Origin: Octopus vulgaris
Lineage: Eukaryota
Length of the DNA stretch: 64,000 bases
Assembly: GCA_951406725.2 (NCBI GenBank)
Contig: OX597815.1
Coordinates: forward strand, 73,470,001 to 73,534,000
Direction: 5' to 3'
Part shown: positions 15,091-29,220 of the stretch, one piece after another
Numbering within the stretch: position 1 is the first letter of the stretch
Layout of the letters: each line of letters starts with the position of its first letter
Translations under genes and position numbers: made by a program
The notes under the pieces: model-generated
Databases searched by the model: none
Told to the model about the DNA's origin: nothing
Seen by the model: the letters and a program-made list of their open reading frames with translations, nothing else

Positions 15091-16128
15091 CATTAATAAA
15101 ATATTAATCCTTTCTACTAAAGGCACAAAGCCAGCAATTTCAAGGAGGGGATAAGCTGATGACATTGACCCTGGTGGATAAAAGGCAAAGTTGACCTGGG
15201 CGGAATTTGAACTCAGAACGTAGCAATGGGTGAAATACTGCTAAGCATTTCGTCCAGCATGCTAATGATTCTGCCAACTCGCCACCTTAAAAATAATAAT
15301 AATAATAATGCTTCTAGAAAGCAGATAAAGAATTTTATTAGTTTCTCTGTTCATGTGTCAGTTTCAGTTAATTCATATACACTAATTAAAATAGATTAAT
15401 TACCTTTGTTTTAATGAGTGTATTTCTTCCTTTTGGTTGTCAATGGTTGTTTGTAGTTCTTTATTTTCCGTTTCCAAAACATTTCGTTTCTTAGAAATTG
15501 AGTCTGCTTCAAGAACAAGTTCTTGAACTCTACCCTCCAGATCTTTGATCATATTTATCTGTTGAATAAAATCAATCAATCAATCAATATTTTATTCAAT
15601 TCATGTGTGATGAATAGAGACAATTGTTTGAACTTTCATAATCAATGGTTAAGAAGTTTGGTTTTGCAATCATGTGATTTTGGGTTCTGTCCCACTGAGT
15701 AGCACATTGGGAAAGTATCTTCTACCATATAGCTCTCGGATGACTAATGCCTTGTGAGTGACTCTGATAGACGGAAATGGTACAAAGCCCATCACATATA
15801 TAAATACATACACATACATGCACTCATGCATACATATGCATATTTGTGTGCATATATGTATGTGTCTATGTATGTATGTGTGATGTGCATATATATATAT
15901 ATATATATATATAATGAATTAATAAATAAATAAAACATATGCATATATACATACATATATGTACGTACCTACCTCTACATGTATATTTACATGCTTATAT
16001 GGGTACAGGACACCCAAAAAGCGTCGAACACAATGAGAAACGAAAACATAAACACAAAACCAAACACACGCATCCATTTCTAAGTAAGATTGTTCTTAAT
16101 ATATATATATATATATAGATAGATAGAT

Positions 16129-16203
<75 letters not shown>

Positions 16204-16224
16204 CATATATACATACACACACAT

Positions 16225-16277
<53 letters not shown>

Positions 16278-19200
16278 TATACACACATATACATACATAC
16301 ACACAAACACACATATACATATATATATATACATACACACACACACACACTCACACACACAGATACATACACACAAACATACATGTATATAGTAAATGAA
16401 AAGATGTATGGAAAATAAACAAACAACAATGTATACTGAGTGTACAACCGGATGGGAGACAAACACAGAAGATCCCTAATTCTTCATCAGTTATCAACCA
16501 ATTAGTAATATTCAGTTTTGTACCATTAATGATAAGACTGAGCACTTCCTATATTGGTGGTATCCACAAAAATTTCTGGAGGATATAGGGCTGAGAGCAA
16601 ACAAAGCAAAACAAAACAATACAGAATGGACACACGAAAATGAAAAAATGTGACTTAGGATGATGGACAAAGATGAAATAAATAAGAAATGAGCAAAACA
16701 CAGATGAATAAATTTTATGCTGTGAGGAGGAAGAGAAAAAGTGTAATGATTCAGATAGAAAGTTTTGTTGGAGAGAGAGATGACATAATTACTGGTGTTG
16801 TTGGATAAGTATTCTGGGAGAGTAGAGAGAGTAAAGAAACATTATTATTATAAGGGTGATGAATAAGAAAGATAGATGGAATTTGGATAAGTTTTTCTCT
16901 GCTAGCCTTGTTTAGACTAGGGCTAATTGCAGCAGGATGTTTTTTATGGCTGGATGCTTTTTCAGTTGCCAACCTTACATGTTTTTTTCAAGTAAAAGAT
17001 TATTTGATTCCAGAGGAATTCTAAAGTGCAGAGTTAGAAGATGATTTGTTGAAAGGAAATGTCAACAAATGTTCCTGGTTGCACTCCTGTCACAAATGGT
17101 GACATCACTGCTTGAACCTGAGCTGCAAGTAGTGATTATCACCAGCTGTAGCCACAGCTCAATGTAGGTTGTAAACATTTATGTGGAGACATATATGCAC
17201 ACACGCAAGCATGCACACACACACATACACGACACCTTCTTTTACTTTCTGTTGAAGAAAATATTCTCTCACAAAAAATGTTGTCAGCCCAGAGCTGAAA
17301 TAGAGGACACTTGCCCTGTGGGATTGAACTCAAAGCCACATGGTTGAGAAGTGAAATTCTTTAATCATGCAGTCACTGCATGTACCCCATAGTTCATAGC
17401 ATATAATTATAAGAACATGGGACAGCTGAACCCTGAAGGTTTTTTGTATGGCTGACAATATAGATGGGTGGAAATTCTTCCATTCAGAGCTGCAATTAAA
17501 TGAAGTGAATGGGGAACAATACCATGAATTAAAAGAAATATTAGTCGATGCTGCAGGAAAACATTAAAAAAAAATTCTTAATCTCATCACATTTTGTTAA
17601 ATAAATACCTTACTAATTGTCAATGCAATTTCTCAAAAATCCATAACAGAAAAATTATGCAAAACAATTATTAGTAGAATGTAAAAATAATAGGAATATA
17701 ATATTTAAGCAAAGAAAATTTACATCTTTAAGCATGACACTAAAAAAGAAAAAAACTTGAACAAAGATCTATTAAAATTTAATACTCTGTGTGTAACAGA
17801 TTGCTTAAAATGCAATAATATTTAGTCATTCGAAAGTTATTAATTCCATTTTAATTCCACTCTTTATTAACAACGGAGGCGTTTCTCTGAATGAAGTTCC
17901 AAGTCAACAGAAAAATCCACTTACATTGCCATTGTTTTGCTTTTTGTATGCTTCCTCCATTTCCTCCAATCTCGCATTTGTCTCGTCAAGCATATTCTTA
18001 ATGTTCTGTGAATGCTGACGCCGTAGTTCCACTTTTTCTCGTTCCATATCATTGAGAAGGGTTTGTAACTGTACAGAAAAGGAAGACAATGATATGGCAT
18101 TAAGCATGATTAATTCAAAATTCTACTATCAACCTATAATGATGCAATGACAAGGTTTATCATATTTGATTTTAAGTCTTTATATCTGTTATTTTATGTT
18201 ATCATATGACCCTATAAATCTAGATATGGTTTGGCAAAGCATGTTGTTCTTAATGTTACCCTATAAACTGGAAGTGGTAGAGATAACTATTTCTACTTCA
18301 TTTCTGTCATGTATATTAATGTGTCTTTGCTTTGGGTTTCTGCAGATTCTTAGTGCAAATTGGAAGCTCTTGACACAAACGCATGCAATGTATACAGCAA
18401 TGAATACTGAACACAGAGAGTTTCATACATTCCCATTGTTACTAATAATATCATGTCTGAAACCTTAACCCTTTTGTTACTGTATTTATTTTGAGATGTT
18501 CTGTGTTTCTTTCAATTATTTTAAATATAACAAAGAATTTAGTAAAATAACTTAATTATCATTAAGCTAGTGTTAGGAACATAAATTGTGACTAAGGTTT
18601 GTGGGAATATTTTAATTTTAAAATTAAGAAAACAAGACATTTGTACTACAGAGCCAGAGCCAGTTTTGGCCAGGTTGGTAACGAAAGGGTTAAAGTCCTG
18701 AGCTGACCAAAGTCTTGAGAGCAGGATTGGTAGACAGAAACTGAAAGAAGCCTACCACACACACTCACACATGCACATACACACACACACACAAACACAC
18801 ACATATATATAAATAAGTTTCATCACATTCCACATTACTTGAATTTCATGAGGCCTTATTTTAGTTTGTTCACTTATAAGTATAGAGCAGTTCTCCCCAC
18901 TCAAAGGGAAACTTCACCCTCTCTTCTATTTCTTTGTAAACTCTTTTTCTCCCTCTCTTACTCCAAAAGCAACCAAATGTGACTCAAATTTTCTTGTGTG
19001 TGTGGGCATATATATCATCATCATCATCATCTTCTTCTTTATCATCATTGTTTAACATCCATGTTTCATGCTGGCATAGGTTGGACAGTTTAACAGGATC
19101 TGAAAATTCAAGGACAGCATTGTGCTCCACTGTCTGTTTTATCATGGTTTCTACAGCTTGATGCCCTTCCTAATGCCAACCATTTTACACCATGTACTGG

Positions 19201-20028
19201 GAGCATTCTTTATGCTACCAACACCAGTGAGGTCACAATGCAGTTTGCAGGACTACAAACCCTGAGGAGGGGGAAGCTTTATGCTAGGAGACAAGGGATA
19301 AAAGTATGAAAGAAGGGGTCAGAGTAGGACAATTTTTCCTTGATGTAGAGGACCTACATGACAACTCACATCTTAGAAGAGAGGGTGAGAGTGATTGGAG
19401 TGGATGAGGTGTCAGAAAAAAGCAAATACGACAATCAATGGGAAACTAAAATTCATGAAAGAAACACTGCTGTTATGTAGGAAATTCCATCAAACAAAAG
19501 GAAGAAGAATATGCTGGCCAAGCCATGGAGTCAGTACCAATACTTCAACACAATGAACCTCAAAAAAATCAAAAACAATGCATGAACAATACATTAAAAT
19601 TTTCCAGAAACACCATTGCACCAATCGATACATTATACTCCTTAGAAAACTTAATAGTTATCAAGATGTTCATGGCAGACAACCTGATAACTTGGTCACA
19701 TGACAATGAAATGGCCAATCAATGGACACGGTGAAACTATTACAGAAGCTACACAACAAGAACAAAGAAGCTAATAAGGAAGTTCAACTTTAAAACAAAA
19801 ATTGAAACAGTATCAAGTAATTTGGAAAGAAATATGCCTGAGAGTAGGTAGAGAGAGAGAGAGAGAGAGGGGTGAGAAGAAACAAATAAAGACCAATAGA
19901 TTATGTGAGAGAAGGAAAAGAGTGAAGAGAAAAGATGTAAGGAGTGGGGGGGGGAATAAAGCAGGATAAAGTAAAAAAAAAAATCTAAAGACAATGAAAA
20001 GCAAAAAATGAAAGAGAAATGGAGAGAA

Positions 20029-20075
<47 letters not shown>

Positions 20076-20555
20076 TAATGATAGAGTTTATATTGTTAGG
20101 AAAAATAATAAGAAAAAACAGATTAAGAAATAACAAAGAAATGGCTAAGGGGGAGGGGTATGACGAGAGGTTTTAGGAAGGAAAAGTTAAAAAAGAGTAA
20201 AGAAAAACCTTGAGATTGGTGAAGGAATAGGCATCAATGGAAATATATGAAGTGTGAGATGTAGGTAGATGTCAGCGATATAGATAGATAGATTAAGATA
20301 TCTATCTATCTATCTATCTACCTGTCTATACATGTGGGTGTGTGTATATATATATATATATATATAATGAATTATAAATATATATATATATTTATATATT
20401 ATTATATATATATAGTGAGAGAGAGAGGGAGAAAAAGGTTGGAGAAAGGTTAAGCTAACAAACAGTGAGATAGATAGATAAATAGACTGGTAGATTTATT
20501 ATATGTACATAGACACACAAACAAACATGTGTGTCTATGTATGTACGTGTGTGTA

Positions 20556-20607
<52 letters not shown>

Positions 20608-20727
20608 TATATATATATAGATATGTATGAAGAGAAAGAGATGAGAAGATAGAGAGACACAGATGAATGATATTAAAGGAAAAGGCAGAGAACTATATGT
20701 AATACTGTGTCCGTGTGTGTCCGTGTG

Positions 20728-20765
<38 letters not shown>

Positions 20766-21252
20766 CGCGCGCGTGTGTGTGTGTGTGTGTGTGTGTCCAT
20801 GTCCATGTTGGTGTGTTTAGACGAAATCAAAATATGGAAAAGAAAAGTTACAAATCGGTAGAATAGCAAAATAAAAAGAAATAGATAACAAAACAAAATG
20901 TTAAATAAATTGGAGAAAAAGAAAATGTAAATAAAGAGAGGGGAGGGGAGAAATGAGGGAGGGGGTAGGTGGGAGTCAGATTAAGAGAAAGAAAGAGAGT
21001 GAGAGAGAGAGAGATAAATGTATATAGAGAGATAGGGAGAAAGAGGCAGTAAAGTAGAGAGAAGGCTGCATGGATGACAGATGCGTGTGTGTATCTATGT
21101 GTATATATATGTATATATGTGTGTGTGTGTGTGTGTGTATATGTATGTATGCGTGTATATGTATATATATATATATATGTATGTATGTATGTATATATAT
21201 ATATATACATGTGCATATTTATATATATGTATGCATGTATATATGAATGTAT

Positions 21253-21307
<55 letters not shown>

Positions 21308-21340
21308 TAGCGAGGGAGAGAGAGAGAGTAACAGAGAACA

Positions 21341-21371
<31 letters not shown>

Positions 21372-22268
21372 GGAAGAAAGAGAGATCTATGAGGGGTTGG
21401 GTGAGTGAAACGCTGTAAAGAAAACCACGAACGAAAGATTTTTTTTACTAAGTCACACAAGGGGAGAGAGAGAAAGAGAGAGATACAAGAAAAGTGAAAT
21501 GCAAAAACTTTGAAGAGAAAAGTCAGCATAGCTGAACTATTGATTCCACAAGTCTTTTGTGTTGAGTATGTGGATGTGGTGCAGCTATGCAATGCTGCAG
21601 ATTTCATAGAGAATGAAAGGAAGAACTACACAAGATATAAACACATTGTCATAGCTGTGGGGGTTTTTTGGTTTTGACTTTGGGTTTGTTAGATGAAGGA
21701 AGGAGAGAAGGAGAGGTAGGATGACGGCGGTGACAGCAGCAATAGTGGTGGTGGTGGTGGTGGTGGTGGTGGTGGTGGTGGTGGTGGAGGAGGAGTAGGA
21801 GGAGGAGGAAAAAGACGGAAATGATGAAGATGATGTCGGACCAGCAAAAGGATAGACACGGATACAATTGCCAAGACAGGGGGAAGAAGAAGAAGAAGAA
21901 GAAGAAGAAGAATGGAAGGAGGAGGAGGAGGAGAGGAAGAAGAAGAAGAAAAAGAAGAAAAAGAAGAAGAAGAAGAAGAAGGGGAAGAAAAAAAAGAAGA
22001 TGAAGAAGAAGAAAATGTTCAAACTATATAGAAATAAGACAGATGCATTATATTTTAAATATACATACATATATACACAAATATATACATATGCACATAC
22101 ATATACATGTATATATAGATATACACATACATACACATATATATTTGTATATATAAATATGTATATGTACATATCTATATATATACATATATATGCATAT
22201 ATATATGCATATATATATATATATGTGCATGTATATACATATATATGTGTGTGTGTGTGTATATATGT

Positions 22269-22300
<32 letters not shown>

Positions 22301-22358
22301 GTGTGTGTATGCATATATATACATACATATGTATATATCATATACATGTATGTGCTTA

Positions 22359-22407
<49 letters not shown>

Positions 22408-22847
22408 ACCCACACGTATATAATAAAATAAAACTACTATAACAACAACAACAACAATGAAATGAAATGGCAAACTGGACTCCATTAATTTGATTACGTC
22501 TGAATAAACAGTAAGAGAGACTTTTTGGTCAGATGGGGGTTGGTAAAGTAGGGGTGGAGGTGGAGGGGAGAGGAAGAAATTTGGTAAAAGTAGAGAATAT
22601 TACCAAACAAATCTGAAAGCGAAATAAATAAATAAATAGATAAATAAATAAATAATCAAAGCAATGAAATATTTTATCTCTTATCAACTGTTCTATATTT
22701 CGTTTTATGTTGTTGCTTTTATTTTTATTTTTGTTCCTTTTATTATTATTTTTTTTTTGTTTGTGGTTCTCGATCTTGTTGTTGTTGTTGCTGTTCCTAT
22801 CATTGTTGTTATTTTTTTGTCGAGCCATTGTTGTTTTTCCTTTAGTC

Positions 22848-22904
<57 letters not shown>

Positions 22905-23198
22905 CATCATCATCATCATCATTATTATTGTTGTTATTTTTTTAACATTAAAAAAGTTTTAAAAAAAGGAAGACAAAAAAGACAGAGAGAGAGAGAGAGA
23001 GAAAGGAAGGAAAAGAGAAGAGGAGACCAGAGATAGCAGATAAAACAACAGACCAGCTTCAGATATAGACATTATGTTTTTCAAAGATTTTTAGCTGTTG
23101 AAGTTTGTGAGTAGCTAAGCCTCTGTTTTTGTTTAGATTTAACAATCACAACTTTATAATATACATACATATATACATGTGTGTGTGTGTGCATGTGT

Positions 23199-23252
<54 letters not shown>

Positions 23253-23292
23253 TATAGGGCTGAACTACATAACAAATTATAAATATATGCAC

Positions 23293-23337
<45 letters not shown>

Positions 23338-26300
23338 CACACATATATATATACACATACACACACATATTACGTATATGCCTTTTGTGTATATATATAT
23401 ATATACATACAAATATGTATATATATATATATGTGTGTGTGAATGTGTATGATTGTGTGTGCATGCGTACATGTATACACACATACACACACACACACAC
23501 AAAATCTGGTATTGAGTCAAAATTCGAGGAACTCAGTAGCTTGGGGTGCTGCAGTATTGATCTATTGATTTCAAGCACAACTTGAGGCATTGTGTGTTAC
23601 GTATATTCCTTTAAACAAAACATGTATTTTTCTCCTTTTTTTTTTCTTATCTCAGTAAATCTAATTCATACATTTTTGGTATAGTAATAATTATCATCAA
23701 AGATTTAAAAAAAAAACAAACAAACAAACGAAAACCAGTTTATACTTTGTGGTGTTGTTGTCGTTGTTGTTATTTAGTAATAAAATACTTTGCCCTTGTA
23801 AATATCTAATGTTTCGAAACCTAGACAACCCATGTGAGTATTAGAAAACAAGGAAGATTCTTTGAAAACATGAAATTGAAATATAAGGTTAACCAGTGCT
23901 AATATTGAAAATAAGGTTATGATTCCTTTAAGTTCTGAGTTCAAATCCCACTGAGGTCATTCATCTTTGCCTTTCATCCTTCAGAACTAGATAAAAACAA
24001 AATTGCTAATGAAATAGGTGGTGGTGGTTGAGATGTTGCCTTTTAATGGCTTTGTTCTCCTTTTGTAGTCTTGTGCCCATGTTTGATGGCAATATTAGAT
24101 ATAATTAAAGTGAAAGTGGCAAGCTGGCAGAACTGTTAGCACACTGGGCAAAATGCTTAGTGGCCTTTCATCTGTTTTTATGTTCTCAGTTCAAATTCCA
24201 CTCAGGTCAACTTTGCCTTTCATCCTTTCGGGGTTGATAAAATAAGTACCAGTTGAACACTGGCATCAGTTGTAATCGATTTATCCACTCTTCTTGAACT
24301 TGTTAACCTTGTGCCAAAATTTGGAACCAATATAAAGCAAAGATGACACGCTGGCACAATCATTAGCATGCTGGGCAAAATGGCTTAGCAGTATTTTGTC
24401 TGTTTTTACATTCTGAATTCAAATTCTGCTGAGGTTGACTTTGTCTTTCATCCTTTCAGGGTCATAAAATAAGTATCAGTTGAGCACTGGGATCACTGTA
24501 ATTGACTTACCTGCCCCACCCCGAAATTGCTGGCCTTGTGCCAAAATTAGAAACCAACATTATAAATAAACTAAAAGTGATGAACTGGCAGAATTGTTAG
24601 CACACCAGGCAAAATGCTTAGCGGTATTTCAACTGAGAACTGGAGTTAATATAATTGACTTACCTACTCTCCCAAACTTACTGGCCTTGTGCCAAAATTT
24701 GAAACGAAAGGGTTTCCAGCTATAGAAACCCTACCAAAACAGATATTGGATTTTAGGATGGTCCTCCAGTTTTCCAGCTCCTGAATCATCCAACCCATGT
24801 CGGCATGGAAAACAGACATTAAATGTTGTTGATGATGATGATGATGTAAGACAACTGTTAACATTGTTTATAGTTTTAAAAGTTTCTATGGAAAACCAAA
24901 CTACAATGGAATATTTTCACATTAGTTCCTACAATTATAACTATAAGATATATTTTTCATCCCAAATTTAAAATCAAAATAATTTTCTATCACATGTTTG
25001 CAGTGTCAACTAAAAACTTGAGGCCTGACTGGTTTGAATTTAAAAATAACCATGTTTTTCTCAAGATCATTTGTAAACAGGATGTTCAAGAATGTTGACA
25101 AGATTGGAGGGACTCTGTCAGTCAAGCTTTTATGTGTACAGGCCCAAGGCAAGACATTTTAAAGAAGACTAGCAGTTGTCCATGCTTGAACGTCTCCTCT
25201 CTCCCTATGGTACTGATGAAGAGAAGGGTTGCCAACTTGGGTCAATACTCCTTGGCACCAGTGTAATAATAAGCATTGCTGTTAGAACCCCTAACAAGTA
25301 GGACAGATACTATAAGACTCTCCAACAGCTCCACCAATCCATTTCTTTGGATTGGTACTTTATTTCTCCATTCCAAAATGATGAAAGGCAAATTTGACCT
25401 AGGCAGGATTTGAACTCAAGAGAGCAGAGTTAGAACAAATGCAATGAGGTATCCTTAGCTTATGTTCTAATGACTCAGCCAAATCGTCTGAGGTTAGGAA
25501 ATTAAAAAAAGAAAATGACTAACAGAGATTTATATTTTTTATAGGATTAACTGTATAAGTGTTTACTGAGAAACCTCAAACAAATCCCCAAAACTACATT
25601 CAGAGAATTGATCTTTCTTTCCATGGCCCTTCATTCATGGATACACCACAAAGAAAAGACAAGTCAAAAAGTTTGCAGCATCCACGGAGTAATGGGGGCA
25701 CCAGTTCTTAATTTAGTGTAACTACATCTTTATCTTAGAGGTTTACTCCTTTAGCCTTTTCTAAGCACTCAATAAATTACCCCCACATGGTAGCAGGAAT
25801 TTATCATTATAGTAGGCATAGTTTGTGTAGAGCCAGTCCTACTCTCTCGTCCATCAAATTTGTATTGGTCTGGTGCAACAAGTGCCACAAACCCCAAGAG
25901 TTATCAAGATGCAAGATTTGTATGGAGTTACCTTCTCTTGGATGAGCAGCTAAAGAACTGAAGGAGCTCATCTGCCCTGGGTTGCTTGGAGTGTCTGTAA
26001 GTGACCTTTTTCTGGAAGGAAATGCTAATTAACTCATAGCTGGGACCCTGACCTGGTGCTACTACTCCAGGACTGACTACATCTTGGAGCAACAGTGGCT
26101 AAGAGGTGGTTCCACACTTCTCAAAACCCTGGAACTCCTGAATTAGGACCCCACTATGGGAATGCAGTTTAAAGTCATACCTAGGACAGATATATATATA
26201 AATATATTTATATATATATCTGTCCTGTGCTTGAAAAGACATGTCAAGTTAAGTAAAAACGTGGTTGTCCATGCATACAGACTTGTCCCCTGCAACCTTC

Positions 26301-28015
26301 TCCAGCTGAGCATCCCTAATCTCACAGGCTTGTAGGTGTTGGTGCCCTGAAAAAAGCACCCTTTCTGGTGCTGTGTAAAAGCACCCAGTACACTCTGTAA
26401 AGTGGTTGGTGTTAGGAAGGGCATCAAGCTGTAGAAACCACGCCAAAACAGACAGGGAGCTTGAACAGCCCTTCAACTGGTCAGCTCTTGTCAAATTGTC
26501 CAACCCATGCCAGCATGGAAAACAGACATGATTATCACACACACACATACACATATTGTTTAATAAGCACAAGATCCATATGTGAGTGATTATAAGTTTC
26601 AAGCTCAGATTGTACAGTAATTGAATGGGCTTGTATAGCATGCTGTGTACTATCCAGCAGTTGCTCAGGTTTAGAAAACAGAAAAGGAAAACTTTTTCTG
26701 CTTTTGAACTTGCAGGACATAAGCCAGTATGCTATACAAGCTCATTTGGTTACTGTACTAATCTGAGCATGAAACTTATAATAGCTAAATCCAGTGTTTA
26801 TTAAATGGAATAGTGGTTAGAGCATTGGGCTCACAATCATGAGGTAGTAAGTTTGATTCTCAGATTGGGCTTTGTGTTGTGTTCTTGAGCAAGACACTTT
26901 TTTTCACGCTGCTCCAGTTCATTCAGCTGTAGAAATGAGTTGCAACATCACTGGTGCCAAGCTGTATCAGCCTTTGCTTTTCCTTTGGATAACATCGGTC
27001 ATATGGAGAAGGGAGGCTGGTATACATAAATGACTGCTGGTCTTCCATAAACAACTTTACCTGGACTTGTGCCTTGGAAGGTAACTTTCTGGGTGTAATC
27101 CCATGGTCATTCATGACTGAAGGGGGTCTTTACCTTACTTTTTTATATATCTCTCATTAGAAGGAGTACTTTATTTATTGATCCTACCAACAATGGAACA
27201 GTCACTATCTCTCTCTCTCACTACACACACACACACACACATTCTTTCTGTTATTTGTTTCAGTCATTTGACTGCGGCCATGCTGCAGCACCACCTTTAG
27301 TCGAGCAAATCAACCCCAGGACTTATTCTTTGTAAGCCTAGTACTTATTCTATTGGTCTCTCTTGCCAAACCGCTAAGTGATGGGGACGTAAACACACCA
27401 GCATCAGTCGTCAAGTTAGTTAGTTAGTTAGTTAATTTTTTGGCTCAAAAAGCGAAAAGCAAGGCCATGTAGGGGGACATGGAGTTATGTACAGGGTGGT
27501 GTTCATGTAAAGAGTTCAGGCCACTTGAGGTCAAGGGAGACTTTGAACCGAGCGGTCGTCGACATCTTCACCATCTCGTCTGGCAGCTTATTCCACGGAT
27601 CCGCAACCCAGACGGAGAAAGCCCCTCTCCTTCAATTGAGATGAAATCATCGCAGATAGAGCTTTTCGGAATGACCCCGCAGCCGACGCTCTGGAGCCGG
27701 AGTGAAGAACAGCTCTTTCGAGAGGTTACACTTTCCGCTTATGATGTTGTGAGCAAGAATGAGATCACCACGGCGTCGTCGTTTTTCTAGAGAATAAAGG
27801 TCGAGCGTCTTCAGCCTTTCCTCATAAGACAAATTCTTGAGACCAAGAACTATGCGGGTAGCCAGCTTCTGGACTCTTTCGAGATGCTGTATGTCTTTGA
27901 GGAGATAAGGAGAAGAGGCTTGAATCCCGTACTCCAATATGGGTCTCACCAGCATGACATAGAGCGGTAGGAATATGGCTGCTGTGAGCTTGGGGGGACA
28001 AACACAGACACTCAA

Positions 28016-28060
<45 letters not shown>

Positions 28061-29185
28061 CAACGGGCTTCTTTCAGTTTCTGTCTACCAAATCCACTCA
28101 CAGGGCTTTGGTCGGCTCGAGGCTATAGTAGAAGACACTTGGCCAAGGTGCCACGCAGTGGGACTGAACCTGGAACCATGTGGTTGGTAAGCAAGCACTT
28201 ACCACACAGCCACTCCTGCGCTTATGTATACATGACAGGCTTCTTTCACTTTCAGTTAACCAAATCCATTCACAAAGCTTTGGTTGGCCCAGGGCTACAG
28301 CAGAAGACACTTGCCCAAAGTACCACACAACAGCACTGAAGCTGAATCTACTTATTAACCGCACAGCCATGAAGAGAGAAAAAAAATTAATTGGCTGGTT
28401 TATTTCTTGAGATTTGATAACAGATATTGGCAATCAAGGTTTTGCACTTAACTGGAACACTAACATAGAAAATTAATGTAAAGAACTTATTGCTTCTCTG
28501 GCAATATTTTCATTTTCTCTTCTTTTTCTTTTATTTTTTGCTATTTCCATCTATTTCTGTCTACCAGTGCAAAGACAGACCACCCAGTTTTGGTTTTTAC
28601 ATCAGTCACAGAGAGGTACCGGATCCCATTCTCTTTCCTTTTATGTAATTTATGCTTTTGTTTTTCACTGAATCAATAGGGTTATATAGCTTTTGGCTTA
28701 GTACAATCTATGGATTGTGCACTGATCCATTTAGTTGTCAGACAGTTAGCCAGCAATTTCTTGAAAAAAACCAAAAAACCAAAACCAAAAAATTATCTGA
28801 ATGATAATATTGCTGTCTGTAAGTTGATTTAGTAGCCATTCAGTAGATTCTTGATTCCAATTCTATTTTTGACCTGAATACATTGATAGTTGATATGAAA
28901 AAATGTCGATGAATATAAATACCTACCCTTGGACTGATTTGTTGACTTAATCCATGATTTATATTCTTTTACTGGTTTCAGTCATCTGATTGCAGCCATG
29001 CTGGAGCACCGCCTTTAGTTGAACAAATCAACTCCAGGACTTATTTTTTGTAAGCCTAGTACTTATTCTATGAGTATCTTTTGTCAAACTGCTAAGTTAC
29101 AGGGACGTAGACACACAAATGTCGGTTGTCATGTGATGGTGCGGGGAAAAACACAGACACACAAATATATATATATATATATATA

Positions 29186-29220
<35 letters not shown>

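Noticed and set aside
21565-21608. Possible pre-miRNA around tgcagc...gctgca
   Set aside because: Only a 6-bp clean stem; no recognisable mature miRNA.
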